64,000 nt of DNA from an uncultured SAR86 cluster bacterium (GCA_902614235.1 CACMKG010000001.1:5969-69968), one strand, 5' to 3'; shown: positions 10,606 to 19,097, counted from the first letter of the stretch. Notes: generated by a model not told the origin, from the sequence alone. Translations and numbers: made by a program.

Positions 10606-11579
10606 GACAATTTCCTTCCCGATTCAGGCATCATTACTCCAGGATCCAAAGAATCCATTCTATGCAATAAAATCGACTCATTCGGTTTACCTGGAACAAT
10701 AGAAAACTTCATGCCCTCGCTAGCTCTTCCTGCTGCAACTGGTTTTTTATAAATTCCTATTTTTCTGTCTTCTGTTTCAGTTAAATTTAAATTCAATCCA
10801 GTCGTATCAGCCGAGCCACCAGGCATATGACAATGACCGCAATTGATATCTAAATATGCTCTAGCTTTTGCAGTAAGCGGGGCAGCATCATCTGACCAAT
10901 TAACTATTAAATCGAGTGGAACATGATTTTCGACAATTTCTTTTTCCATCCAAAAAGAAATCTGATTAGCTAATTTTTCTTCATATTGGATAGAGAAATT
11001 TAGATTTCGAGACTTAGGACCAATTGGCATAATGGCGTCACTTTTTAAATGACATTCTTTGCATTGATTTTGATTAGGAACTCTGTAGTCAACATATTTT
11101 TTTTCTCCATCCAAAAAATACATCATGGATTCATGTGTATGACCCGTGACTTTTAAATATGCTTCTGTTTGTTCTTTATTCCAGACATAGGTGTGTGCTG
11201 CCCATCCTGATTTCTGATTAAGTAACAATCTAGTCTCTAATAACATTCGGCCTCCATTAAGTGCTTGCGGATAAGAAAAGGTTTTTACTAGGGCCGAACC
11301 TACAGGAAAATCATATACTTGATTGGGAATAAATTTAGCCTTTTTCCCTTTGGGTACGTAAACAAATCTGTGTTTATCCGCATAATCTGAAAACAAGGCA
11401 GAATGAAGTACATATGGTAAAACATTTTTCATAGGTATTTGTGCGACTGCATCATTAAAAAATTCATAATCGGAGAGTTTTTTTTCAGGTTTTTTAGAAA
11501 GAATCGCCTCTTGATTTACCGCATTCACACTAAGAGAAAATAGAAAAAGAAAAACCAGAAAAGAGCTTTTTAATTCCAT
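10554..11579 (-). CDS. secreted dihaem c-type cytochrome (resembles the SO_2930 / HNE_0200-type family)
   Basis: Signal peptide (FLVFLFLFSLSVNA). Two CxxCH haem-binding motifs (CKECH and CGHCH). 10-nt overlap with the upstream beta-helix gene. The family name is recalled, not searched. Confidence 0.75.
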   Translation of the reverse strand: MELKSSFLVFLFLFSLSVNAVNQEAILSKKPEKKLSDYEFFNDAVAQIPMKNVLPYVLHSALFSDYADKHRFVYVPKGKKAKFIPNQVYDFPVGSALVKTFSYPQALNGGRMLLETRLLLNQKSGWAAHTYVWNKEQTEAYLKVTGHTHESMMYFLDGEKKYVDYRVPNQNQCKECHLKSDAIMPIGPKSRNLNFSIQYEEKLANQISFWMEKEIVENHVPLDLIVNWSDDAAPLTAKARAYLDINCGHCHMPGGSADTTGLNLNLTETEDRKIGIYKKPVAAGRASEGMKFSIVPGKPNESILLHRMDSLDPGVMMPESGRKLSHSEGVALINDWIISLK

Positions 11580-12793
11580 TTTGAGATCGGAGGTAGGTTT
11601 GTAATTGATCCTTTAAATTCGCTTTTATCTCTTGATGGAGAATGAAAAAAAGGAAAAGCTACGTACCAAAAGACATCCAAATCTAAGAAATTTGTATCAC
11701 TAGCTTCTTCAATAATTATTTTTTCTTTTTCTGGCTGACCAAAAAATAATTCGCTCATAGGCAAGAGGCCATCCCAAATAATGTCAGGCATATCACCTTT
11801 TGCAATATCCATTAAAATTGGTGAAAGATCTCCTCTAGAAACATCCGGTTTCATGCCTACGTTTGAGTATTGATTATTATGAATTTGAATTCCTTTCGGA
11901 AAAGGATCGTAATTTTCATCTCCCGATTCTAAATCTCCAGCTACAACAGCGACATGTACGGTCTGATTATTATCAAAACTATTATCAAAAACCTCTACGT
12001 TTCTATTAGCCATAATAATAAGTCCAGTTCCACTGGGAACCAATCCAACTATGTTACCTTCTGGAGCGAAGTTATCGGTATTATTATTAAAAGATTTATT
12101 CTGAAAGACTCTTACGAACTTTCCTCCTTGCTTCGGTAGGTTCGGAAGATCAAAAATTAAAATGCCGCCAGTATTATTAGTAGCAATATTATTATAAACA
12201 TCTGCGTAATAAGAATTTTCGATTTCTATTCCTGCTACATTAAACTCTGCTCTAGTATTTCTTACTATTATTTGTTCTGACTGTCCCACATAGACTCCAG
12301 CATCAGAAGCTCCAATGGCAACGCAACCATCAATAAGAACACCTATGGATTCAACAGGGTAAAGCCCATAGGCACCGTTTTTAGAATCTGGCCCATTCGT
12401 CCATTCAGTTCTTACTTTGATAAAACTAATATTTTTTACTCCTTTGGATTTAATTGCATCTCCTTTTGCATTCTCGATCGCAAAGTCTTGCATGAGAACA
12501 TTATCTGAGGTAACTAATAAACCCTGAGCCCCTGTTTCTTGATTGCTAAAATCTAAAATGGTCTCATACATACCTGCACCTAAGATTGAAACATTATCAA
12601 TATCTAAAGAAAGACCATGATTTAAGTTATAAGTGCCTTTTGTAAGCAAGACTTGGTCTCCTGGCTCAGCTAATATCAAAGCCTCTTGAATTTCTTCCTG
12701 AGCATTATTGCTAGGTGAAATAATCCAATCTTTACCTGAAATAGGATTAACAAAAAATAAAATCAACAATAGTTTAATAAACTTTATTGCCAT
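11570..12793 (-). CDS. secreted parallel beta-helix repeat protein (NosD/pectate-lyase-like fold)
   Basis: Signal peptide, then repeated ~22-residue G/N/V-rich turns (e.g. GASDAGVYVGQS, NVAGIEIENS, NNTGGILIFD) typical of right-handed beta-helices. Operonic with the dihaem cytochrome. Confidence 0.7.
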   Translation of the reverse strand: MAIKFIKLLLILFFVNPISGKDWIISPSNNAQEEIQEALILAEPGDQVLLTKGTYNLNHGLSLDIDNVSILGAGMYETILDFSNQETGAQGLLVTSDNVLMQDFAIENAKGDAIKSKGVKNISFIKVRTEWTNGPDSKNGAYGLYPVESIGVLIDGCVAIGASDAGVYVGQSEQIIVRNTRAEFNVAGIEIENSYYADVYNNIATNNTGGILIFDLPNLPKQGGKFVRVFQNKSFNNNTDNFAPEGNIVGLVPSGTGLIIMANRNVEVFDNSFDNNQTVHVAVVAGDLESGDENYDPFPKGIQIHNNQYSNVGMKPDVSRGDLSPILMDIAKGDMPDIIWDGLLPMSELFFGQPEKEKIIIEEASDTNFLDLDVFWYVAFPFFHSPSRDKSEFKGSITNLPPISKWN

Positions 12794-12846
12794 TTTAGTG
12801 ATTCTACTCCTTTGACCGAATCTTTCACTTTTAATTTACTTTTTGC

Positions 12847-12874
12847 TTGCATTTGAAATGAGAATGACTATCAT
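12847..12874 (+). promoter_or_regulatory. candidate sigma-70 promoter of the FTR1 gene (-35 TTGCAT, 16-nt spacer, -10 TATCAT)
   Basis: Hexamers read directly at 12847-12852 and 12869-12874. The -10 ends 9 nt before the ATG at 12884, implying a leaderless or 1-3 nt leader mRNA. Confidence 0.4.
12854..12872. promoter_or_regulatory. Fur-box-like operator in the divergent spacer between the beta-helix/cytochrome operon and FTR1
   Basis: TGAAATGAGAATGACTATC matches the GATAATGATAATCATTATC consensus at 13/19 by hand count (13/16 in the core). Overlaps the predicted FTR1 spacer/-10. Confidence 0.5.
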
Positions 12875-12883
12875 CTGGTTTTC

Positions 12884-13789
12884 ATGAATGAATTCATTAT
12901 CGTTTTTAGAGAAACATTAGAGGCGACGCTAATAGTTGGGATTATTTATGTTTTCTTATTAAAACAACAAATTGCCGGAGCTTTAACAAAGCTATGGATG
13001 GGAGTTGCATCTTCAATCATAGCCAGTCTTATTGTGGCTTATCTAATTTTATTGGGTCAACAAGCACTTGGAAATAACTCTTTACAAGCTCTTTTCGAGG
13101 CAATTTTTATGTTTATCACTGCTGGATTTATTTGGTATGTCATCTTTTGGCTGTCCAAGCATGTTAGTAATAGAGCAGATCTAGAAGGGAAGGCTCAAGA
13201 TGCTATAACAAGCTCTTCTTGGGGAATTTTCTTTGTTGTTTTCTTTTCAATCATTAGAGAGGGATTTGAAACAGTCGTTTTTTTAATTGGAAGTTTCTCT
13301 GTAACAGGAAGCTTTTCCTACATTGGTTTTCTTAGCGGAATGTTGTTAGCAATTTTGATTGGTTATTTGATTGTAGTACAAGGTAAGAAAATAGATATTA
13401 GGCCCTTTTTTAAATATACAACTTTGCTATTAGTTTTTTTGGCTTCTGGAATGATTGCTTATGGAACTCACGAAGTAGAAAGCTATTTAGCTAAATCTAA
13501 TAATTTAGGGTTAATTGGAATAGAATCAAAATCTGAAATAAATAGACCTTGGGATATATTAGAACCAAAAAAAGTTTTATCTGAAGAAGATTCAAAATGG
13601 TTGTATACCTATAATATCAAGGGCAAGGAAAAATACACCCATTTGCTGCACGATAGCGGAAGAGTAGGAGTTTTCTTTAAAGGATTTTTTGGCTATAACA
13701 GTAATCCAAACTATATTGAATTGATTGCCTGGATTATTTCATTATTTCTCGGCTTAAGAATGTGGCGACGCTTTTATCCAGCCTCTTAA
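12884..13789 (+). CDS. FTR1/EfeU-family high-affinity iron permease
   Basis: Two REXXE iron-binding motifs in TM helices (FRETLEA near the N-terminus, IREGFET mid-protein). Polytopic membrane protein of 301 aa. Confidence 0.85.
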   Translation: MNEFIIVFRETLEATLIVGIIYVFLLKQQIAGALTKLWMGVASSIIASLIVAYLILLGQQALGNNSLQALFEAIFMFITAGFIWYVIFWLSKHVSNRADLEGKAQDAITSSSWGIFFVVFFSIIREGFETVVFLIGSFSVTGSFSYIGFLSGMLLAILIGYLIVVQGKKIDIRPFFKYTTLLLVFLASGMIAYGTHEVESYLAKSNNLGLIGIESKSEINRPWDILEPKKVLSEEDSKWLYTYNIKGKEKYTHLLHDSGRVGVFFKGFFGYNSNPNYIELIAWIISLFLGLRMWRRFYPAS

Positions 13790-13845
13790 TTATATTTTTA
13801 AAAAAAGCTTCTAAATAAAAAAATAGTAATAACTATATTTTTTTT

Positions 13846-13864
13846 GTAAATGAGAATCATTCTT
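13846..13864. promoter_or_regulatory. distal weaker Fur-box-like site upstream of the TonB-dependent receptor
   Basis: GTAAATGAGAATCATTCTT matches the Fur consensus at 14/19 by hand count. Confidence 0.45.
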
Positions 13865-13865
13865 C

Positions 13866-13894
13866 TTTACATTGTTAATGATAATCATTATCAT
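13866..13894 (+). promoter_or_regulatory. candidate sigma-70 promoter of the TonB-dependent receptor (-35 TTTACA, 17-nt spacer, -10 TATCAT)
   Basis: Hexamers at 13866-13871 and 13889-13894. The strong Fur box lies across the spacer and -10. Confidence 0.55.
13874..13892. promoter_or_regulatory. Fur box (near-consensus)
   Basis: GTTAATGATAATCATTATC matches GATAATGATAATCATTATC at 18/19. It lies 35 nt upstream of the receptor ATG. Confidence 0.85.
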
Positions 13895-13926
13895 TCACAT
13901 CACAAATAAGCATCAACGTAATAATT

Positions 13927-16062
13927 ATGAAAAAACTTTTACATGGAGTTTTAATTTCTGCTGGATTGATATCTAGCAGTTTATTATTCGCACAAGATAC
14001 TGAAGAATTAGAAGTAAAAGGTAAGGTTTTACAATCTGACCAAGTTACTGCTTTTAAAACTCCAGTTCCTGTTCTTAACGTTCCTCAATCCGTCTCAATA
14101 ATTACTGACGACGAGATCATGATGAAAGGTTATAGAGAGCTTGGCGATATAGTTCGTTACACACCAGGAGTTAACACAACCCAAGGAGAAGGTCATAGGG
14201 ATGCCATTGTTTTCAGAGGGGTCAGATCAACTGCAAACTTTTATTTAGATGGAACTAGAGATGACGTTCAATACTACAGATCTTTATATAATATTGAACA
14301 AGTTGAGGTAATAAAAGGAGCAAATGCTCTTTTATTTGGTCGAGATGCCAGAGGTGGTCTAATTAATCGTGTGTCGAAAAAACCAATGATTGGTGAGTCA
14401 TTCAGATCGATTAATGCTGGTATGGATAGTTTTGGTGCATATGATATTGCATTCGATTCTAATATGGATATTTCCGATGATAGTGCAATTAGATTAATGT
14501 TCCATTCCGATACTCTGGAAAATCACAGGGATCATTTTGATGGAGATAGAGTTGGTGTAAACATAGTTTACAGGACTGAAATAGATGATGATTCAACTTT
14601 AGATTTGTCTTACGAGTTGGTCGATCATGAAAGATTTATTGATCGAGGTATACCTACCAGCTTGACTTCTTACTATCCTGACTCAAGATTTGACGACGTA
14701 GTATTTGGTTCGCCTGGAATAAATCTGCAAACAACTGAAGCAGATATTTTTAAAGCAAAATTTACTCGAGAATTATCAGACACTAGTCGTATTATTTTCT
14801 CTTTAACTGCAAATGATTTCGACAAGATGTATAAAAATTTATACGCATCTAGCGTTAATGCAGCGGGAAATACTATTGATGCAGATGGTTATCAGGATGA
14901 TACCGAAAGAGAAAGCACAATCTTTAATATTGATTGGGTAAACGAAATAGAGATGGGTGATGCAACTCATACTATTCTTGCTAGTCTAGAGATTCTTGAT
15001 ACCGAAAACAAAAACCAACGTTATTACAAGTGTTTTTCATCACATGATGGAACAGCTGCCTTAGACAATAACGCTGATTGTGTGGCAGGAGCAACCAACA
15101 GAAAAGGTCTAAAAGAAACTTTTACAATTTCTAGACCTATGGACTTCACTAAAAATAGTGATGGAGTTGCGAACACTACTCATTACGATCAAGCTGGAAC
15201 GTTTTATGCTAGAACTGAAACTGATGTGGAGATCACTTCAATTTCACTGCAAGATCAAATCAACTTGAACGAAAGTATTTTACTTACCCTAGCTGGAAGA
15301 TTTGATCAAATGGAGTTGACAGTACGTGATACTAGAACAGGTTCTGGAGGAATAACCATAAACGATAGAGATATCTTCTCACCACGAGCAGGAATAACAT
15401 ATAAACCACAAGAGAACGTTTCTTTATATGTAGCTTATAGCGAAAGTTATTATCCAAAAGCCGGAGAACAGTATAAGAAACAGTCAGATGCTCAAGCGAT
15501 AACCGATCCAGATACTTTTGAAAATACCGAGATTGGTTTGAAAATGGAAATCAATCCTAATCTAGTTTTTACAGCAAACTATTTTGATAGCGAAAACGAA
15601 GTTTCTTTACCTGATGGACAAGGTGAAGCAGAAACGGTTAATTTGTCTATAGATGGATTTGAATTAGAGCTAAAAGGTCAGATAAATGAAAAACTTTATG
15701 CTGCTTTTGGTTACGCTGATTATGACGGTGAAACATCTCCTGGGACACCTGCGAAAGAAATACCTGAATCAACTACAACTGGCTGGATCAATTATGATGT
15801 ATCTGACAGTTTTGGCTATGGTTTAGGTTTTACAAGACAAGGCGAATCTCAAATTAAAGATGGTGCAGCTTCTGGAGGATTGCTTCCAAGTTACACTAGA
15901 TGGGACGCAGCTATGTATTGGACTCTTTCGAACGATACATCAGTGCAATTAAACATTGAAAACTTAACTAATACTGATTATTACCCTCACGCACATTCAA
16001 CTCACCAAGCATCAGTTGGAGAGGACATAAATGCGAGGTTGTCTATTAATTACAGTTTCTAA
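13927..16062 (+). CDS. TonB-dependent outer-membrane receptor (iron-regulated; substrate unknown)
   Basis: Signal peptide, plug domain (PQSVSIITDDEI, RGVRSTANFYLDGTRDD), 711 aa beta-barrel, terminal aromatic (…SINYSF). Fur box upstream. Confidence 0.9.
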   Translation: MKKLLHGVLISAGLISSSLLFAQDTEELEVKGKVLQSDQVTAFKTPVPVLNVPQSVSIITDDEIMMKGYRELGDIVRYTPGVNTTQGEGHRDAIVFRGVRSTANFYLDGTRDDVQYYRSLYNIEQVEVIKGANALLFGRDARGGLINRVSKKPMIGESFRSINAGMDSFGAYDIAFDSNMDISDDSAIRLMFHSDTLENHRDHFDGDRVGVNIVYRTEIDDDSTLDLSYELVDHERFIDRGIPTSLTSYYPDSRFDDVVFGSPGINLQTTEADIFKAKFTRELSDTSRIIFSLTANDFDKMYKNLYASSVNAAGNTIDADGYQDDTERESTIFNIDWVNEIEMGDATHTILASLEILDTENKNQRYYKCFSSHDGTAALDNNADCVAGATNRKGLKETFTISRPMDFTKNSDGVANTTHYDQAGTFYARTETDVEITSISLQDQINLNESILLTLAGRFDQMELTVRDTRTGSGGITINDRDIFSPRAGITYKPQENVSLYVAYSESYYPKAGEQYKKQSDAQAITDPDTFENTEIGLKMEINPNLVFTANYFDSENEVSLPDGQGEAETVNLSIDGFELELKGQINEKLYAAFGYADYDGETSPGTPAKEIPESTTTGWINYDVSDSFGYGLGFTRQGESQIKDGAASGGLLPSYTRWDAAMYWTLSNDTSVQLNIENLTNTDYYPHAHSTHQASVGEDINARLSINYSF

Positions 16063-16071
16063 TCTAGATTT

Positions 16072-16118
16072 TTCTTGAGGAAGTTTTCACTTCCATTTAT
16101 TAAGAACTTCCTCAAGAA
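16072..16118. terminator. perfect 14-bp inverted repeat (19-nt loop) 10 nt after the receptor stop; possible terminator without a U-tract
   Basis: TTCTTGAGGAAGTT (16072-16085) is the exact reverse complement of AACTTCCTCAAGAA (16105-16118). No T-run follows on either strand. Confidence 0.35.
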
Positions 16119-16178
16119 TCACCCCTGAGTCTAGGTTATAAATCTAAACTTAATGAAGTAGAGGCATTGAGATTAGAC

Positions 16179-16206
16179 GGGATTCGAAGTCGGAGAGCTT
16201 TGAATC
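16179..16206. terminator. second hairpin (10-bp stem with one G-U, 8-nt loop) ~20 nt past the ALAS stop; possible terminator without a U-tract
   Basis: GGATTCGAAG (16179-16188) pairs with CTTTGAATCC (16197-16206). No adjacent U-tract on either strand. Confidence 0.3.
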
Positions 16207-16224
16207 CTGACTGTAAAAATTGTT

Positions 16225-17475
16225 TTAAAACAAATTAGAAATTTTGCTAACGCGAGATGTAATTTTTTTGGCTCTTTTAAGATTCAACTTGGACCAAACT
16301 TTATCAAGCGAATTAACAAATGTTTGAACATCTTCGGCCGAATGTTTAGGTGTTATTGTTACTCTAAATCTTTCATCTCCTTTTGGAACAGTAGGATAAA
16401 AAATTGGTTGGATGTAAACACCATGCTCTTCAATAAGGACATTAGCGGCTTCTTTACAGAGGTCGGGATCGTAAAGATGAATTGGAATAATATGACTGTC
16501 GTTTTCTAGAAAGGGAATTCGAATGTCTCTGAGACCCTGTCTAATGAGATCCGAATTAATTCTAATATTGTTTCTTAATAAATCTGCATTTTTAGCTATC
16601 TCTATTGCCTTTAAGGATGCTGCAGCAATACTTGGATTGGCAGATGAAGTGAAGATAAATCCTGGAGCAAAGCTTCTTATAAAATCAATAATATCTGAGC
16701 TAGCAGCTATATAACCCCCCATTTGACCAAAGGCCTTGGATAGTGTGCCATTGATAATATCGATGTCATCGGAGACATTTAATTCAGCTGCTATTCCTCT
16801 TCCTTCTGGACCATAAAGTCCGACAGAATGAACCTCGTCTAAATAAGTCAGAGCATTATATTTTTTTGCTAACGAAACAATTTTTCTTATTGGAGATCGA
16901 AGACCTTCCATGGAATAAAGAGATTCAAAAACAATAATTTTTGGAGTGTTTGCGTTAGATGTTTTTAATAGCTCTTCTAAGTGATCAGTATCATTGTGTC
17001 TAAAAACATGAGTTGGCACGTTAGCATTTTTTATACCCTGAATCATGGAAGCATGATTTAGTTCATCGGAATAAACTTCACATCCGTCTAATTTTTTGCA
17101 AAGTGTCCATAGGGTAGATTGATTTGCAGTATAAGCAGAAGGAAACAACAAGCTTGATTCTTTATTATGAAGTTCAGCTAGGCAATCTTCTAAGTCGGCG
17201 TGATAGGTCGATGTACCAGATATATTTCTAGTTCCACCAGATCCGGTACCCAATTCTTTAGTAACTTTAGTTGATTCCATAATTACTAAAGGATGTTGGC
17301 TGAGATTAAGGTAGTCGTTGCTACACCAGACCTCAACTGCTCTTTCTTTTCCTTCAAACCTTTCTGTAGCTTTGGGAAAGTTTTTCTTATTTCTATTAAT
17401 TTGTCTAAATTTTCGGTAAAGACCCTGAGACTTTAGTGAGGTGAGTTCATCAGAAAAAAATTTGGAATAGTTCAT
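16225..17475 (-). CDS. hemA: 5-aminolevulinate synthase (glycine + succinyl-CoA route)
   Basis: Collinear with Rhodobacter ALAS from memory: [87 protein letters not shown]. Faces the rest of the haem pathway. Confidence 0.92.
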   Translation of the reverse strand: MNYSKFFSDELTSLKSQGLYRKFRQINRNKKNFPKATERFEGKERAVEVWCSNDYLNLSQHPLVIMESTKVTKELGTGSGGTRNISGTSTYHADLEDCLAELHNKESSLLFPSAYTANQSTLWTLCKKLDGCEVYSDELNHASMIQGIKNANVPTHVFRHNDTDHLEELLKTSNANTPKIIVFESLYSMEGLRSPIRKIVSLAKKYNALTYLDEVHSVGLYGPEGRGIAAELNVSDDIDIINGTLSKAFGQMGGYIAASSDIIDFIRSFAPGFIFTSSANPSIAAASLKAIEIAKNADLLRNNIRINSDLIRQGLRDIRIPFLENDSHIIPIHLYDPDLCKEAANVLIEEHGVYIQPIFYPTVPKGDERFRVTITPKHSAEDVQTFVNSLDKVWSKLNLKRAKKITSRVSKISNLF

Positions 17476-17569
17476 TATGAATTGAGAAGATTTAGTGTAT
17501 TAAAAACATTATTACTCTTTTTGTACAGAAAATTTATAATTAGCTCATTAATTATAATAAAGAGTTATA

Positions 17570-19063
17570 TTGCAAAAAGTAAGAATAATTTCAAGGAAAA
17601 GTCATCTTGCCCAAATTCAAGCGGAGATTGTGGGAAATAAAATTATTGAACAATTTCCGAATATTGAAATCGAATACATTCATAAAGAAACGCAGGGTGA
17701 CATCGATTTAAACACACCACTGAGTGAGATGCCAGAAATTGGAGTTTTTACCAACGATATAAGAAACGAATTAATTAATTTAAATGCTGATTTGGCGGTT
17801 CATTCTTGGAAAGACTTACCAGTAGAGATGGAGCCTGGCACTGAAATTTCTGCTACTTTAGATAGAGCAGATTTAAGAGATATTTTGCTTTTTAAGAAGA
17901 GCTCGATTCAAAAAAAAGAAATTTCTTTACTGACTTCTTCACCAAGACGGAAAGAAAATTTATCAAGATTTCTCCCAAAAGCGCTTCCTTCTCAACCAGA
18001 CAAACTTGAATTCAAAGAGGTAAGAGGAAATATTCTTACCAGGATAAAGAAATTAATGAATTCAGATTCAGATGGACTAGTAATGGCAAAAGCAGCCTTA
18101 GATAGAATCATAAAAAATGAATCCCAAAGATTTTTGACTGAAAAAAAAGAAATTATTAAGATCTTTGAAGATTTGAATTGGATGATTCTTCCTGTTTCTG
18201 AAAATCCTGCAGCACCTGCTCAAGGAGCTTTAGCAATTGAGACTCGTTCTAATGACAATAAAATTCTAGATGTCCTTGATAAAATTAATAATAAAGAAGT
18301 TTTTCATTTAGTGGAAAAGGAGAGAGAAATTTTAAAAAGTTATGGAGGAGGTTGTCATCAAAAGATTGGGGTAAGTTATTTAAATTTAAAAATGGGTAAA
18401 TCCTTGAGTTTAAGAGGTGAAACTGAACAGGGAAAAAATTTAAAAGAAAATAGTTTTATAGCTGATGAGAAATATACTGATAAGTCATTGGAAAACATAG
18501 AAAGTTACTATCCAGAAAACAAAGAAGACTTCTCGTTGTTTGATAGGAAGGTTATAGATGAATCTTCTATGATTTTAAAAGAAATTTCTAATTCAGGAAT
18601 TTATGTGACTAGAGGAAATGCTCTCAATGATGTCAGAGTAATAGACGAATCTAATATTATTTGGACCAGTGGAATAAAAACTTGGTTTACGCTTTCAAAA
18701 AAGGGTTTGTGGATTAATGGTTCTTCCGATAGTTTGGGCGAATTAGAGTCTCCCCCCGAAAACTTATTTGAAGATCTCAAATGGTATAAGCTAACGCATG
18801 ATTTAGCACTTCAAGACGATAAAAAAATTATTCCCACTTATCAGTTAATTAGAAAAGAGTTATCGGAAGATCTTAGAGATGTTTCTCATTTTTATTGGAT
18901 GAGCTCCAGTTCATTTGATTATGCGATAGAAAAATATCCTGAAATAAAGGAAAAAAGCCATGCTTGTGGTTTAGGAAGGACATTTGAAGAAATAAATAAG
19001 ACCATACCAGGAAAAGTTTATCCTTATCTAAATTATGAAGACTGGCTAGAAAAAGTTAAATAA
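17570..19063 (+). CDS. hemC: hydroxymethylbilane synthase (HemC) with a C-terminal ~160-aa extension that may be a reduced uroporphyrinogen-III synthase (HemD) domain
   Basis: N-terminal 270 aa are HemC (VRIISRKSHLAQIQAE, HSWKDLP, GNILTRIKKL, PAPAQGALAIE, cofactor Cys in YGGGCHQKIG). The tail has HemD-like strings (IYVTRG, IIWTSG, FYWMSSSSF, ACGLGRT). TTG start. Confidence is for HemC; the fusion call is ~0.5. Confidence 0.85.
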   Translation: MQKVRIISRKSHLAQIQAEIVGNKIIEQFPNIEIEYIHKETQGDIDLNTPLSEMPEIGVFTNDIRNELINLNADLAVHSWKDLPVEMEPGTEISATLDRADLRDILLFKKSSIQKKEISLLTSSPRRKENLSRFLPKALPSQPDKLEFKEVRGNILTRIKKLMNSDSDGLVMAKAALDRIIKNESQRFLTEKKEIIKIFEDLNWMILPVSENPAAPAQGALAIETRSNDNKILDVLDKINNKEVFHLVEKEREILKSYGGGCHQKIGVSYLNLKMGKSLSLRGETEQGKNLKENSFIADEKYTDKSLENIESYYPENKEDFSLFDRKVIDESSMILKEISNSGIYVTRGNALNDVRVIDESNIIWTSGIKTWFTLSKKGLWINGSSDSLGELESPPENLFEDLKWYKLTHDLALQDDKKIIPTYQLIRKELSEDLRDVSHFYWMSSSSFDYAIEKYPEIKEKSHACGLGRTFEEINKTIPGKVYPYLNYEDWLEKVK

Positions 19064-19097
19064 GCAAAGTAATATCACATTCCAATTTATATTAAAG

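Noticed and set aside
13790-13926. Possible cobalamin or other riboswitch upstream of the TonB-dependent receptor.
   Set aside because: The spacer is only 137 nt and is occupied by the promoter and Fur boxes. It has no conserved riboswitch core strings and no room for an aptamer plus expression platform.
16170-16210. GGATTCGAA string resembling a tRNA T-loop, raising the possibility of a tRNA fragment or integration scar.
   Set aside because: No acceptor, D or anticodon arms can be drawn around it. It is simply one arm of the 10-bp hairpin.
17534-17557. Perfect 9-bp inverted repeat TTATAATTA-N6-TAATTATAA between ALAS and hemC. It also contains a TATAAT on each strand, so it could be an operator or a pair of overlapping divergent -10 boxes.
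   Set aside because: It is composed only of A and T in an AT-only stretch, where a 9-bp palindrome is expected by chance at about the observed frequency. Neither TATAAT has a convincing -35. Kept as a note, not a claim.
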